From Basidiobolus meristosporus CBS 931.73 (lineage: Eukaryota > Fungi > Basidiobolomycota), in the NCBI GenBank assembly GCA_002104905.1, contig MCFE01000205.1, positions 62,001 to 126,000 on the forward strand: a DNA stretch of 64,000 bases, written 5' to 3'. This document shows positions 13,157 through 24,290 of the stretch, piece after piece. The position numbers and the translations under genes were made by a program. The first letter of the stretch is position 1. Every line of letters begins with the position of its first letter. The notes beneath the pieces were generated by a model. It searched no databases. It saw only the letters and a program-made list of their open reading frames with translations, and was not told the DNA's origin.

Positions 13157-13399
13157 ATAAAGCAAGGAAAGCACTATTCTGAGCAACATAAGTAAGAATG
13201 AGTAAAATTACCAGTAACTGTATCATACCACTGGCGTCATGGAAGAAATTATAGTGCCAGATAGTGCCGTAGGGTGCCAGATTGATCCGGCACTATAAAC
13301 AGGCTGGCACTATGTGGCACTATCCAACAGAACAAGTCTACTATTGAAGATCCATGAGGCTGTTGAGTGCAATGAAAAAGAGTGTGCTAATACTAAAGG

Positions 13400-14400
13400 G
13401 GCTGCAAGAAGTCTAGCATGCCATCACCTTAAGGCCAGCATACAAAGGGATCATAAGGAACTTGCCCTATGAAAATTAGTGTGATGGTCCCAGCAAAAGG
13501 CCATTGCATATTTAAGGCCTTGTGACTAAGAGGTATTGATCCCATCAGGATACCATGCACAGACCATCAATAATAATTGCATCCTAGATTTCACAAAAAA
13601 CTTAGTCAATATTTCTCACCATGACAATGTAGAAGTGGCTTTTGATTGGTTCTTTGCCAATTTTCTCACCTTCTGATCCTGGCTACTCTATCACCTACTA
13701 TGTTTGTGTGCATTAATTGGCTATTGCTACTCTTTCACATTCTTACTTCCTGACTCAGCTGTGTCTGTTTCTTTTCATGGGTACAAATTGATTTATTTCC
13801 ATTGAAACTTCAGTGGTACCTCAATTGTCAATTGTATTTACCTATACAAGTCCCTATACTCTACACTAACACTAAGCTCAACCCTACACTCAACTGGTAA
13901 CTCCATTAAAGTCCACCACTCAATAAGTATTTCTGCTGTAATGCTCTGGTTGCACAACTTTGGCACAAACCCAATGGCTTTATGTCACTGTTCATTCACT
14001 GACTGAGAGCCTGAGGACTCTACATTACCATCTTTAGTGGGCACACTGTCCACAGGACCTGTTTGGGTGAAGCCCTGCTTGTTGCACTGAATGTCAAAGC
14101 AAGCTAATATCCAACTGCTCTGCTGCTGCTGTCAGCAGTGCAGTCTGGTTGGGAGCCAGAAGACTTTGCTTTATTTTTTGGCAGTATATATCTGGAAGTG
14201 AGTCAAACCAAGGGGTAAATGGTGTTACATATATGTGTGTATGTGGGGCTACAACTTTATTCATAATGCTTGCTATGGCAGGTCATCATTAAATCTCACA
14301 TTTATGTAGATGCAATGTCTCAAATACAAATTGTCTTAAACTCACATGAGTACTGACAAGAAACTGATATAATAGCATCAAGTTGTTGAGTGTTAAGCTG
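13400..14400 (-). pseudogene. ORF family X, internally deleted copy
   Basis: 13450-13990 aligns with 61100-61620, and 14001-14400 aligns with 320-720. Confidence 0.55.
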
Positions 14401-14806
14401 TTTGTACCTGCATGTTTTAACAGTTGCATAGCATTCACATCAGAAAATGCCACCATTGCAAGGTGTCAAACTTCCCTGGAATTTCTCACCATTGGCAAAA
14501 CATTGTTTAGACTCTGGATATATTCTGGCAATACCCCATCTAAACCAGCTTATAAAGTCTGACAAATATTGTGAAGCTATAAAGTACCACACTCAGTATC
14601 AATCAAGCAAAAACACAACCAATAGACTTGTTCCATTGGATAGTGCCACATAGTGCCAGCCTGTTTATAGTGCCAGATTGATCTGGCACACTACAGCACC
14701 ATCTGGCATTATAAATTCTACCATAATGCCAGTGATAGGATATAGTTACTGGTAATTTTGTATGATCCTACTTATGTTGCTCCAAATAGTGCTTTCTTTG
14801 CTGTAC

Positions 14807-15689
14807 TTACTCTTCATAATGTTCCAGGCACATTTCTCTCAGTGGATGTCTTCTTCTATGAATATACTGTGCATTGATAAGTATCTTAACTATTTTACCT
14901 ATTCTGCTGTTTTCTCTTATATATGACTTTCCTCTGTATTTACCTGCCAATATGCTGAATCTCTTCCAATTTCCAAATGTATGCTCTACCCTCACTCTGA
15001 AATGATTAAATATCTCATTGTAGAGCTTCTGCATCCTGCTAAGCACACTATTCCTTAGCTTCCTATACGCTGTGATACATCCTAATCTCTGACTATCCTC
15101 TCATATATAAGCTAAGTCTGCCATACATTTCTCCCCTCTACTGAATTTTGCATGATTCTATACCCAGAGTGCATTGTCATGCCTACTTCCAGCAAATGGC
15201 CACTAAATCAGATGATATTACCCTCAATGTCAGACAGGGCTTGAAACTTCACACAGTGCGCCATGTAATTGTCAGATTAAAAGTGCCTCTGCCCCCTAGA
15301 AAGTTTGTTAATCCTGACTGGGAAGGTAACCAAAATACTTCTTATATGGAACCTGTTTCTGAACACTCTGGGATATGGAAGTCTATTGAAGATTCTGAAC
15401 CTAGTATTCCAAGCCTGCTCTAAGTCATTCATACACTCTGAAAGGTTGTTTTCCATTGCTGTCAGCTGGGATTGAAAGTTTCTAGGATTTTTGTTGCCAT
15501 GGATGCTGGGAGGAAACCTTGTTGGGTAATAGTTCTTGTAATAGCAGAGAAGCTTAACAAGGGATCTCCTTGAGTAGATTGGGGTAGATGGTCCAAAGTA
15601 TTTGGTATAGATCTCCTCTAGTGTGTCAAAAGGAAATCCAGTGGCAGTGATGGGACTGATGAGAAAAACCATTCAGATGAGTAAGTCAT
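14807..15689 (-). pseudogene. E2 DDE transposase, degenerate
   Basis: ORFs 15277-15672 and 14807-15046 are near-identical in protein to the E1 pieces. Confidence 0.85.
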
Positions 15690-15850
15690 ATTAAAATTGG
15701 TTGGTGATTGGGCTGGGGTGTATTGATTCTATGCAGCGTGATCTACTTTATTTATCTGACATTCCATGCATTATGATAAATCTCCTTCAATTGCCATGTA
15801 TCCCTTCATTATGTTGTAGAAATCATCCTCAAACAATGACTTAGTATATT

Positions 15851-16584
15851 AGACTTGTTCTGTTAGATAGTGCCACATTGAGCCATGAGTGCCAAATGAT
15901 GCCATAGTGTGCCAGAGAGGTCAAGTGAGCCTATACTTGGCCACAGAGTGTGGAACATAGCTCTGTATCTTCATGTAAAGCAGCCCCTGTGTTTCACCCA
16001 TTGTGCAGGAGAAAATCCATTTTTTGGCCTTTTTTTGTGGATCAATGTAGCTCAGGATGTGTGAGAGCACAGGAGAACTGAAGATATGCATCTGGTACTC
16101 AATACCCATGGCACTCTGAATCTAACTTCTGTAGCTTGTATCATGTCAGAAAAATGAATGGCACTATCTTGGTCCACTGGTACTATCTGGCACTATAAGT
16201 GCTTTGTATAGATCTTACTTTAGGGCTAATATTTAAATATAGTGCCAGATAGTACCAGTGGACCAAGATAGTGCCATTCATTTTTGTGACATGATACAAG
16301 CTACAGGAGCTAGATTTAGAGTGCCATGGGTATTGAGTACCAGATGCATATCTTCAATCTGCTTGTGCTCTATCATATCCTGCACAACATTGATCCACAA
16401 AAAAAGGTCAAAAAATAGATTTTCTCCAACACAATGGGTGAAACACAGGGGCTGCTTTGCATGAAGATGCAGAGCTATGTTTCACACCCTGTGGCCAGGT
16501 AGAGGCTCAATTGGCCTCTCTGGCATACTATGGCATCATATGGCACTCATGGCTGAATGTGGCACTATCCAACAGAACAAGTCT
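15851..16584. mobile_element. Non-autonomous foldback MITE of the PHIS family, ATT TSD
   Basis: ATT|AGACTTGTT...AACAAGTCT|ATT. Arms of about 345 bp are inverted copies around a spacer of about 40 bp. The flanks rejoin to match E1 8290-8340. Confidence 0.9.
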
Positions 16585-16965
16585 ATTTAATTGATGCTAT
16601 ACTCACAAGTCTATATTCAAATAGGGAATCTGCAATTGATGTGATCCAATCCATGTCAATGCAAGTCAAGATGCATCGTGTATAATATATGGAAAGCTTA
16701 ACAATCACATTAGTTTTCATATATTTTTCTTATAAGACCAGGTTGATATCAATACACTACTGTATAATATCTAAATGTGCTGCTATGGTCCCTATACCAA
16801 GTCTCAAGTCAACTCTAGCACAACCCAGACAAAACCCATCCCCCAGCTCACAGCATTCTAGTATGGCCCAAGTATCAATGATGAGCCTTCATACCAATGT
16901 TTGGGTACTACTTATTAATCTAGCAGAACTAGATACCACAGTGATTTGACAGAAATGGAAGAACC

Positions 16966-17484
16966 TGTTATGAATAGACACAAGGCAGGAGGAAAAGCTA
17001 GGCATGGCAGGAAAGGACTTAGGTGTGGACCATCAAGGCAAGGCAGGATTCAAGGCAAGGCTGTTTATTCAAGACCTGTGTTTATCGGACTGAGGAATAC
17101 TTAAGGGGGGATAGGACTATATATACTTTTTGGCTATACTGATGCCAAGAGATATTAGCTAATACTAATGTGTTGTGGGGTGAGTCACAGCAATGGTGCT
17201 GGGGATAATGACATAGATGACACGGCACTGAGACAGGATGGGGAATGGATTGGGTCACCTGATCATGTGACTAAGTCATGTGACCTGGTATTTCCATATA
17301 TGGTACTGGACAATGAAAAATACAATGGAAAGCTTCCATGGAATGTTCCATTGTGTAATGATGGTTTGGAATGGTCAGGAACTTTTGGGAAGGTGGTAGA
17401 AGGTTCCATAAGGAGTCTCTTAGAAATTGAGCTAGGGAGCTGAAACTTGGCATGGGTGCTCATGGTTGTCATGTGATCATGACA
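16966..17484 (-). repeat. 3' LTR of the chromovirus (519 bp, TGTCA...TAACA)
   Basis: Preceded on minus by PPT agaggagaatag; TATA-like element at about 17117-17125; AATAAA at about 17063-17068 (minus). Confidence 0.85.
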
Positions 17485-17553
17485 CTATTCTCCTCTACCA
17501 GGCAAAGCTCTGTTTCCCTTTGGGGCAGGTTTTGCAGGATATTGTTGGTGGAA

Positions 17554-20500
17554 CTAGGTAACTAGTTCTTGACAATTAGTGCAATGGGTAGCTGGTTCCC
17601 ATGTTTGGTCACTTGGGCCATAACCAATCCAGTCTACTAAGTAGTACAGCTTTGACCGGATATACTTGGAGTCCAGAATCTGTTTAACTTCAAATTCTTG
17701 ATGTTGGTCAACCTGAATAGCTTGGGGCTTTGCTTCTTGCCGGTTTGGCAAGGTGTTCCTACAATACAGCTCCAGGAGGGACACATGGAAAGTATCATGG
17801 ATTTTCATACTTGCTGGTAGCTGTAGCTGATATACTATAGGGTTAAGCTTCTTCTTGATCTTGAAAGGACCAAGTTTCTTGAAATCCAATTTGTCACAAG
17901 GGCGGTTGGTGCTGATGTTTCTTCCAAGCAGCCATACAGAATCTCCTTCATTAAGATCAGGGCTGGGATGCTGTTTTAGATTGGCAAATTTCTTGTAGCT
18001 TTCCTGAGCTAATGATAGTTCTTCCTTGAAGGCATTCTGGATGTCCTGGATTGCTTGGGCATGTTCAGCCGCATGTGGGCTCATTGGGTTTGTTGGAATC
18101 TGGATATCAAACTGAGGGTGGAATCCATAGTTTGCATAGAATGGTGTAAAACAGGTTGCACTATGGCTTGAGTTGTTGTAGGCAAACTCAGCAATAGGGA
18201 GTAGATCAACCCAATTGTCTTGCTGGTAAATGATATAGCACCGGAGGTATTGCTCTAGAATCTGGTTGATTCTTTCAGTCTGGCCATCAGACTGTGGATG
18301 GAAGGCAGTAGAGAGCTTGACTTGAACACCAAGGTATTGCATGAAGTGTTTCCAAAACTTGGACACAAACTGTGGGCCTCTATCTGACACAATATCACTG
18401 GGGATACCATGAAGGCGCAAAATATTTTCCAGGACTAATGCAGCAGTTTATTTTGCATCAGTGTTCTTACAGCAAGGGATAAAGTGAGCCATCTTGGTCA
18501 GCCAGTCAGCCACTCCAAGTAAAGCATTGAAGCCACATGACTCAGGGAGGTCAGTAATGAAGTCCATAGATATAGATCTCCATTGGTGTTCTGGGATAGG
18601 CAAGGGCTGAGGAAGTCCATAGGGCTGGTGTCTGGCTGGTTTTGCACGGTTGCAAATATCACAAGTCAGAATGTACTCTTTGATAAGAGTTATCATTCTT
18701 GGCCACCAGAAATCTCTTTTGATAGCATTCAAGGTTTTGGCAGTACCAAAGTGGCCTGCAGCCATTGAATCATGCCAAGACTTAATGATGTATAGCTGGG
18801 TGGCAAGGTCTGGGACATAAAGCTGCTGCTTGTGGTAGATGAGGTTGTTTACCAAATGCAGGTTTGGGATGTTTGGGAACTTGGGAGGGGGTGCAACTGG
18901 GGATTCCAGATATTTCTTGATGGTGCTGGAAGTCATATCAAAGGCTTGGGATTCTGATATCCTTACTAGGAATGAAGGGATGACAAGACTTGAGGACTGT
19001 GTGGCAAGAATCTCAAAATGTTTCTTGCTCAGCAATGGGTGTTCCATTTGCCAACAGGCATCATCTCCCTCTTCCAGGGCATATTCCTTTTTTCTGGACA
19101 GGGCATCAGGCTTTACTTGCTTGGCACCAGGTCTATAGGTGATAGTAAAGTCAAAGCTGGACAGGAAGAGTGACCATCTGGCTTGTCTCCAGCTTAGTAC
19201 TATGGAAGTTGCAAAGTACTTGAGGTTCTTATGGTCACAGAAGACTTTGATTTTGTGTTTTGTACTGTCCAGGTAGTGTCTCCATTGCCCAAAGGCTACA
19301 ATGATGGCAAGCAACTCCTTATCATAGATATCATAGTTGATCTCTGCAGGGGAAAACTTCCGAGAGTAGAATGCAATGGGGTGCAACACATTATCCTCAT
19401 CATACTGGGAGAGTATGGCACCAAGGGCAAAATCAGAAGCATCAGTCTCCACTATGAATTGCTTCTCAAGGTCAGGGTGGACAAGCAGGGGGGCCTTCAG
19501 GAAAGATTTCTTGAGTTGGTTAAATGAGCTGGATGGCTCCTCATTCCAGCCAAAAGGTGTGTTCTTCTGGGTAAGCTTTGTCCAAGGGGTGACTATCTTG
19601 GAGTAGTTGGCTATGAACCTGCGATAGAAGTTGGTGAATCCCAGGAAGGATTGTACTTCCTTGACTGTGCTTGGAGTTTTCCAGGGTTGGACTGTGTCAA
19701 CTTTCTTTGGGTCCATTCTTGTTCCCTCAGGGCTGATGAGGTAACCAAGAAATTCCACTCCTCTCTGGTCAAATTCACACTTCTCTAACTTGGCATAGAG
19801 ACCGGCAGAGTCTAGTTTTCTCAATACTTTCTTGACGTGTTCATCATGTTCATCTTGGCACTTGGAGTATATGAGAATATCATCAAGGCAGATTACCACA
19901 AACTGGTCAAGGTATTCATGAAATATATCATTCATGAGGTGTTGAAACACAGCAGGGGCATTGGTGAGGCTAAATGGCATTACTTTGTACTCAAAGTGAC
20001 CATATCTTGTGCAAAAGGCAGCTTTCCATTCATCACCAGGCTTGATTTTAACAAGATTGTAAGCTCCTCTCAAGTCAATCTTGGTGAAGACTTGGGCAGC
20101 AGATAGCTGATCCAACAGTGTGTTGATCAGGGGCAGGGGGTAGCGGTTCTTGACTGTGATCTTATTCAAAGCATGGTAGTCCACACACATTCTGAGGGTG
20201 CCATCCTTCTTCTTGATAAAGAGGATTGGGGCTCCAGCAGGTGATTTGGAGTGCTTAATAAAACCCTTCTGGAGGTTTTCTTGGATATAACCATGGAGTT
20301 CTTTCAACTCCAGCTGGGAGAGATTATATATTGGGCCAAATGGAGGGACTTTTCCATCTTCAAGGTCAATAGGGCAGTCATAAGGCCAATGGTCAGGGAG
20401 GAGTTCTGCTTTCTTCTTGTCAAAGACATGGGCAAACTCTTGGTACTTGGCTGGTATAGTTGCTGAGGGGGCTCCTTCAGCTGGCAAGGTATCATGGGCT

Positions 20501-21033
20501 GTTGAACTATTGGCAACAGTCTTTTCACGGTTATCAGGGTCTGGAGATTTCATGGAGTTGACTTAGTGGGATCTGGTGAATGACAGGATCTTGGATTTCC
20601 AATCAATACTCCAATTGTGGTAGCTCAACCATGAGTTTCCAAGCACAATAGGATAGTGTGGTGAGTTGATGATGTTGAAGGCAATTCTTTCTTGGTGGGC
20701 AGTACTGGACAGCTGGAGTAAGCATGTTTCATGGGTAATGGTGCCAGAGGAGAGTGATCTTTCATCAATAACTTCTACTTGGACTGGACAGGATTTCAAG
20801 CCAACAGGAATAGAGTGCTTCTGGACAAAGGCTTGGTCAATGAAACAGGATGAAGCACCGGAATAAATCAGGGCTAGGACTGGGACAGGACTGGAGTCAG
20901 GGATCTGGATTTTGACTGGCTTTCTCAAGGACTGGATAGATTTTGTGGCAAAGGAAGATTTTTGGATATGCTGGATTTTCATGGGTGGGTCCAGTTTCAA
21001 GCCTGTCAGTGCAACTGGACATTGGAGTTTCCC
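17554..21033 (-). pseudogene. Chromovirus pol (PR-RT-RH-IN-chromodomain), one frame with two internal stops
   Basis: ORFs 20563-21000, 18448-20553 and 17554-18420 are in one frame, separated by single TAA codons. Confidence 0.9.
20989..21033 (-). promoter_or_regulatory. -1 ribosomal frameshift signal: G GGA AAC, 6-nt spacer, 8-bp stem
   Basis: Heptamer at 21027-21033 is in the gag frame and its -1 frame runs into protease. Stem GTCCAGTT/AACTGGAC. Confidence 0.75.
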
Positions 21034-21121
21034 AACAGATCTAAATCAGGTTGGTTATTGGAGGACTGCATCAACTTGATGCTGGACTTCTTGTTGGGGC
21101 AGGACTTGGCAAAGTGACCGG

Positions 21122-21925
21122 TGTGGTGGTGTAGAGGTACTCCTGGGAGTGGCTACACAACTCAAGGTGTGTGAGGTGTCTGATGGGTGCAATAACCTCT
21201 GGGTCTAAACTGCTGGTGTCTTTGTCAGTATGTCTCTATGGTAAAAGCTCCTGCTTCTCTAGCTTCCTAGGTGCTCCAAGTGTCTCCAAAGGCCTCTGTG
21301 TGTCTTGTGCACTACCCTGAAAAGCTCCTTGATGGCAGGTCTGAGATGTACTGTTGAAGGCAGGTGCAGTGATCAACTGCTAATCAATAAGGTAGAAGTG
21401 TTACTGATGGAAGGGATGATTTATTGATGAGGGATTGCTTTCCCTTGAATACTTTTCCTGATTGCCAAGTGATTACTAATAACAAGGTTCTAGAAGATCC
21501 TAGGTATCAGTGGAATTCTTGATGACATCACTATGAGCTAAAAATATACCAAGAATGTCCTTGAAGGTTCTAAAAGGCACAGCACATTCAACCAATCAGA
21601 AATCAGTAGTCTGAAACCTGTACAACATAGAAATACCATATATGGTATTGAAATGGTAGGGATGGTAACACAGACTTAGGTCATGTGTCACGGGTACTGA
21701 CACGGGTACTTGCCTTATATAGATACATCTACTGATCACAAAGCTGAATAACATCTGGGATAACTAATGCTAATAACTAATCAGGGTAAACATCATATGG
21801 GGATAATACTGATAATATGGGCAAAAGATGAATGGGATAATACTGATAAGATAAAATATGGATAAGTATATTATAATGACTATATGAATAAACTTGTCTG
21901 TGGGAGGTATGTTTACCGTACCATA
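21122..21925 (+). mobile_element. Solo LTR (~804 bp) inserted in the gag zinc-knuckle codons
   Basis: TGTGGT...ACCATA ends with (A)CCGG duplicated. Removing it restores LCLY(C)GQPGHFAKSC. TATA near 21716 and AATAAA near 21888 on plus. Confidence 0.85.
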
Positions 21926-23151
21926 CCGGGTTGGCCTCAGTATAGACAGAGGTTGGCTTGTTGACGTCTGGACTTTTCACTCTTTGATAGTTTCTTGTAT
22001 TTGGCACTATCAGTCTGCATAGGATCTTCTGGAGTGACTTGGGGAGCAGGAGGGGCTGGGACTGCAACAGGAATGTGTCTTTGACGGTTCTTTTGCTTCT
22101 TCTGGAATAGTCTGTTATCACACCAGATTGCTTGGTGTATAGCTTCAACCAATGTATCTGGATCTGGGAGTGTGAGTAGCAGACTACAAACTTCATCATT
22201 AAGGCCATCTTGGAATTGGCTTATCAAGGCTGCTTGACCCCAGGAGCTGAGGTCACTGGAGAGTTGTTGGAATTCTGAGGCGTAGACTGATGCTGGTTTG
22301 TTCCCTTGCTTGAGGGTCTTGATCTTGTTGGCAGCAGTTCTGGCTTGGTCAAGGTTACCAAATGTTAGCTCCATTTCAGTGAGAAAAGCTTGGTAGTCTC
22401 TGAGGAGGGGAGAGTTGGTCTCCACCAATGGGGAGAACCACTTGAGAGCTGTACCAGTAAGCAGGCTGGAGATGAAACCAACTTTGGCCTGGTCAGTAGG
22501 TTACCGGTTGGGCTGGAGTGCAAGATTGTTCTTCACCATGTTGATGAAGCCATAGAATTCATTCTGAGAGCCATTGAACTTGGTAGCAGGAGTATACTTG
22601 GGTTCTTGGTAGACTGGGACATGGCTAGTTTGCTGGACACTTTGGTTCTGGAACTGAGCTAGTGTGTTTCTGAGGTCTGCATGGTCTTGCTGCAGTTGGG
22701 TAAAGGCAGCCATGAGCTGGGCAAAGTTCAGCTCTAGGTTGGACATGGTAGCAGAGGAAGGCGGACAAACTTGCAAGGAATACTGGAATATACTAAACTA
22801 GATTGTGGGTTTGTAAAGCCACTAGTATGTCAAGAATATAATTATTGAGCCACAATCCCCAACTTAAATAAGTTAGCGTCACTTCAGAAGGTACTGGTTT
22901 CAGCATCCTTTGATAGAGTATTGTACTAACACTTCCAATACTGTAACAACTGTAAATCCACCAGCAGGGTAATAAAGGGAATGCAGCTTTGACCAATAGT
23001 TTTACAAAGATAAAGTATCTTTGCCTTTATAGGACAAGACTAGGGAAAGATGATGGGTGATACTCACGGTGAGTATTCCTTTTACAAGTTTTCTTCAAAC
23101 TTTGGGCAGAAGGCAGAGATCCACAGGTAAGTCAGGAGAGTCTGATAAAGC

Positions 23152-23262
23152 TGTTATGAATAAACAGCCTTGCCTTGAATCCTGCCTTGCCTTGATGGTC
23201 CACACCTAAGTTCTTTCCTACTGCGCCTAGCTTTTCCTCCTGCCTTGTGTCCATTCAAAACA
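23152..23262 (+). repeat. Inverted copy of the chromovirus U5 end (111 bp)
   Basis: Reverse complement matches 16966-17070 with about 7 differences. Confidence 0.9.
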
Positions 23263-23267
23263 GAACC

Positions 23268-24290
23268 TGAGCAGAAAGCTGTGGCATGAGTTCAACATCA
23301 AGATGCCAGTGGATGTATGTACAAAGATTTATAACAAGACAAGTATTGAAATCAAAAATGAGCTGAGAGTGAGGGTATTTTATGAGAAAGCTGTGCAGGA
23401 ACAATTTTGCACGCAATTTGCTCAGTAGGGGCTAGATGTGTCTGTTTGTGCCTCAACTCTGGAAACCAAAGAGATTCTGAATGTGTATTTGCCTCAAATG
23501 ACTAATGCATTACATGATATATTAGCAGAGTTAAGTGGCTTCTAAGAGCAATATACACAGGACTCATCCAGGCAACAGTTCCAAAGTATCAGACAGAGGG
23601 TAAGTGAATACCTTGAGGATTCAGAAGGGGAGCTTCAAAAGGATGAATACAGACCGCAAGTAACTGCATCCAGACTGTGCAAGCACTCTTTGCTGGATTC
23701 CTTACCATCCCTTGCAACTTCAGCATGTTGGTGCATGTCAGTCCAAACTATGCCAACACCCTTCACAATAGTGCCCTGCATTGAGTCAATGTCTGTAGGG
23801 TCAACATGCGCACTTCAGTGCAAAACCACAAGAACTTGCCCAATTGCTCATTTAGACACAAGTCCATTGGAGCAGGCCAAATTGCATCAACAATTGGCAT
23901 CACATTGAACTCAGCTAAGGGCCATTCCAGTGCATCAAGTTGCACCTGTGTGGGCCATAACACCTGACCATCAGCAAATTTCTTCTGGTGAAGTGACTGA
24001 TGATGACCCACATGAAGTGCCTCCACCACCAGAGCCACTGGTAAGTAAAAAAACATGTTAGCATGCAGCACTGCAAGCTGGTTCAGTAGCATCATCCAGA
24101 GCAATTAAGTGTGGCCAAGCTGCAGCATTGCACTCATCAACTAGCAGGCAGAATACTGACTACAAATATACAAGTAGCCACAAGGATAGTCAACAAGGAT
24201 GAAGTTTAGGTGTGCAAAGTGAGTCACTACAAAATGCTTCAGTAGTGATCCCTGTGCAAAAAAACCTAGGAGATGATGTTCCAATTGCAA
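23268..24290 (+). pseudogene. E2 ORF2, continuing from 16863-16965
   Basis: Collinear with the reverse complement of 6842-7870; most CpGs are lost. Confidence 0.8.

Larger units (their letters stand above)
6228..13339 (+). mobile_element. PHIS-superfamily (PIF/Harbinger-related, Pangu-like) DNA transposon copy E1, interrupted by retroelements
   Basis: Termini (g)GACTTGTTCC at 6228 and AACAAGTCT at 13339, flanked by AAT/ACT (one mismatch). Divergent ORF2 (minus) and DDE transposase (plus). Confidence 0.75.
16966..23262 (-). mobile_element. Ty3/gypsy chromovirus (Tf1/sushi-like) with GAACC TSD; normal 3' LTR but 5' LTR replaced by an inverted U5
   Basis: Gag (22746 to ~21000), protease LIYSGAS, RT VICLDD, RNase H ETDASD, integrase SDRGPQF/DGQTER, chromodomain FEVKQIL...YLVDWIGY..TWEP. 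GAACC at 16961-16965 and 23263-23267. Confidence 0.93.
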
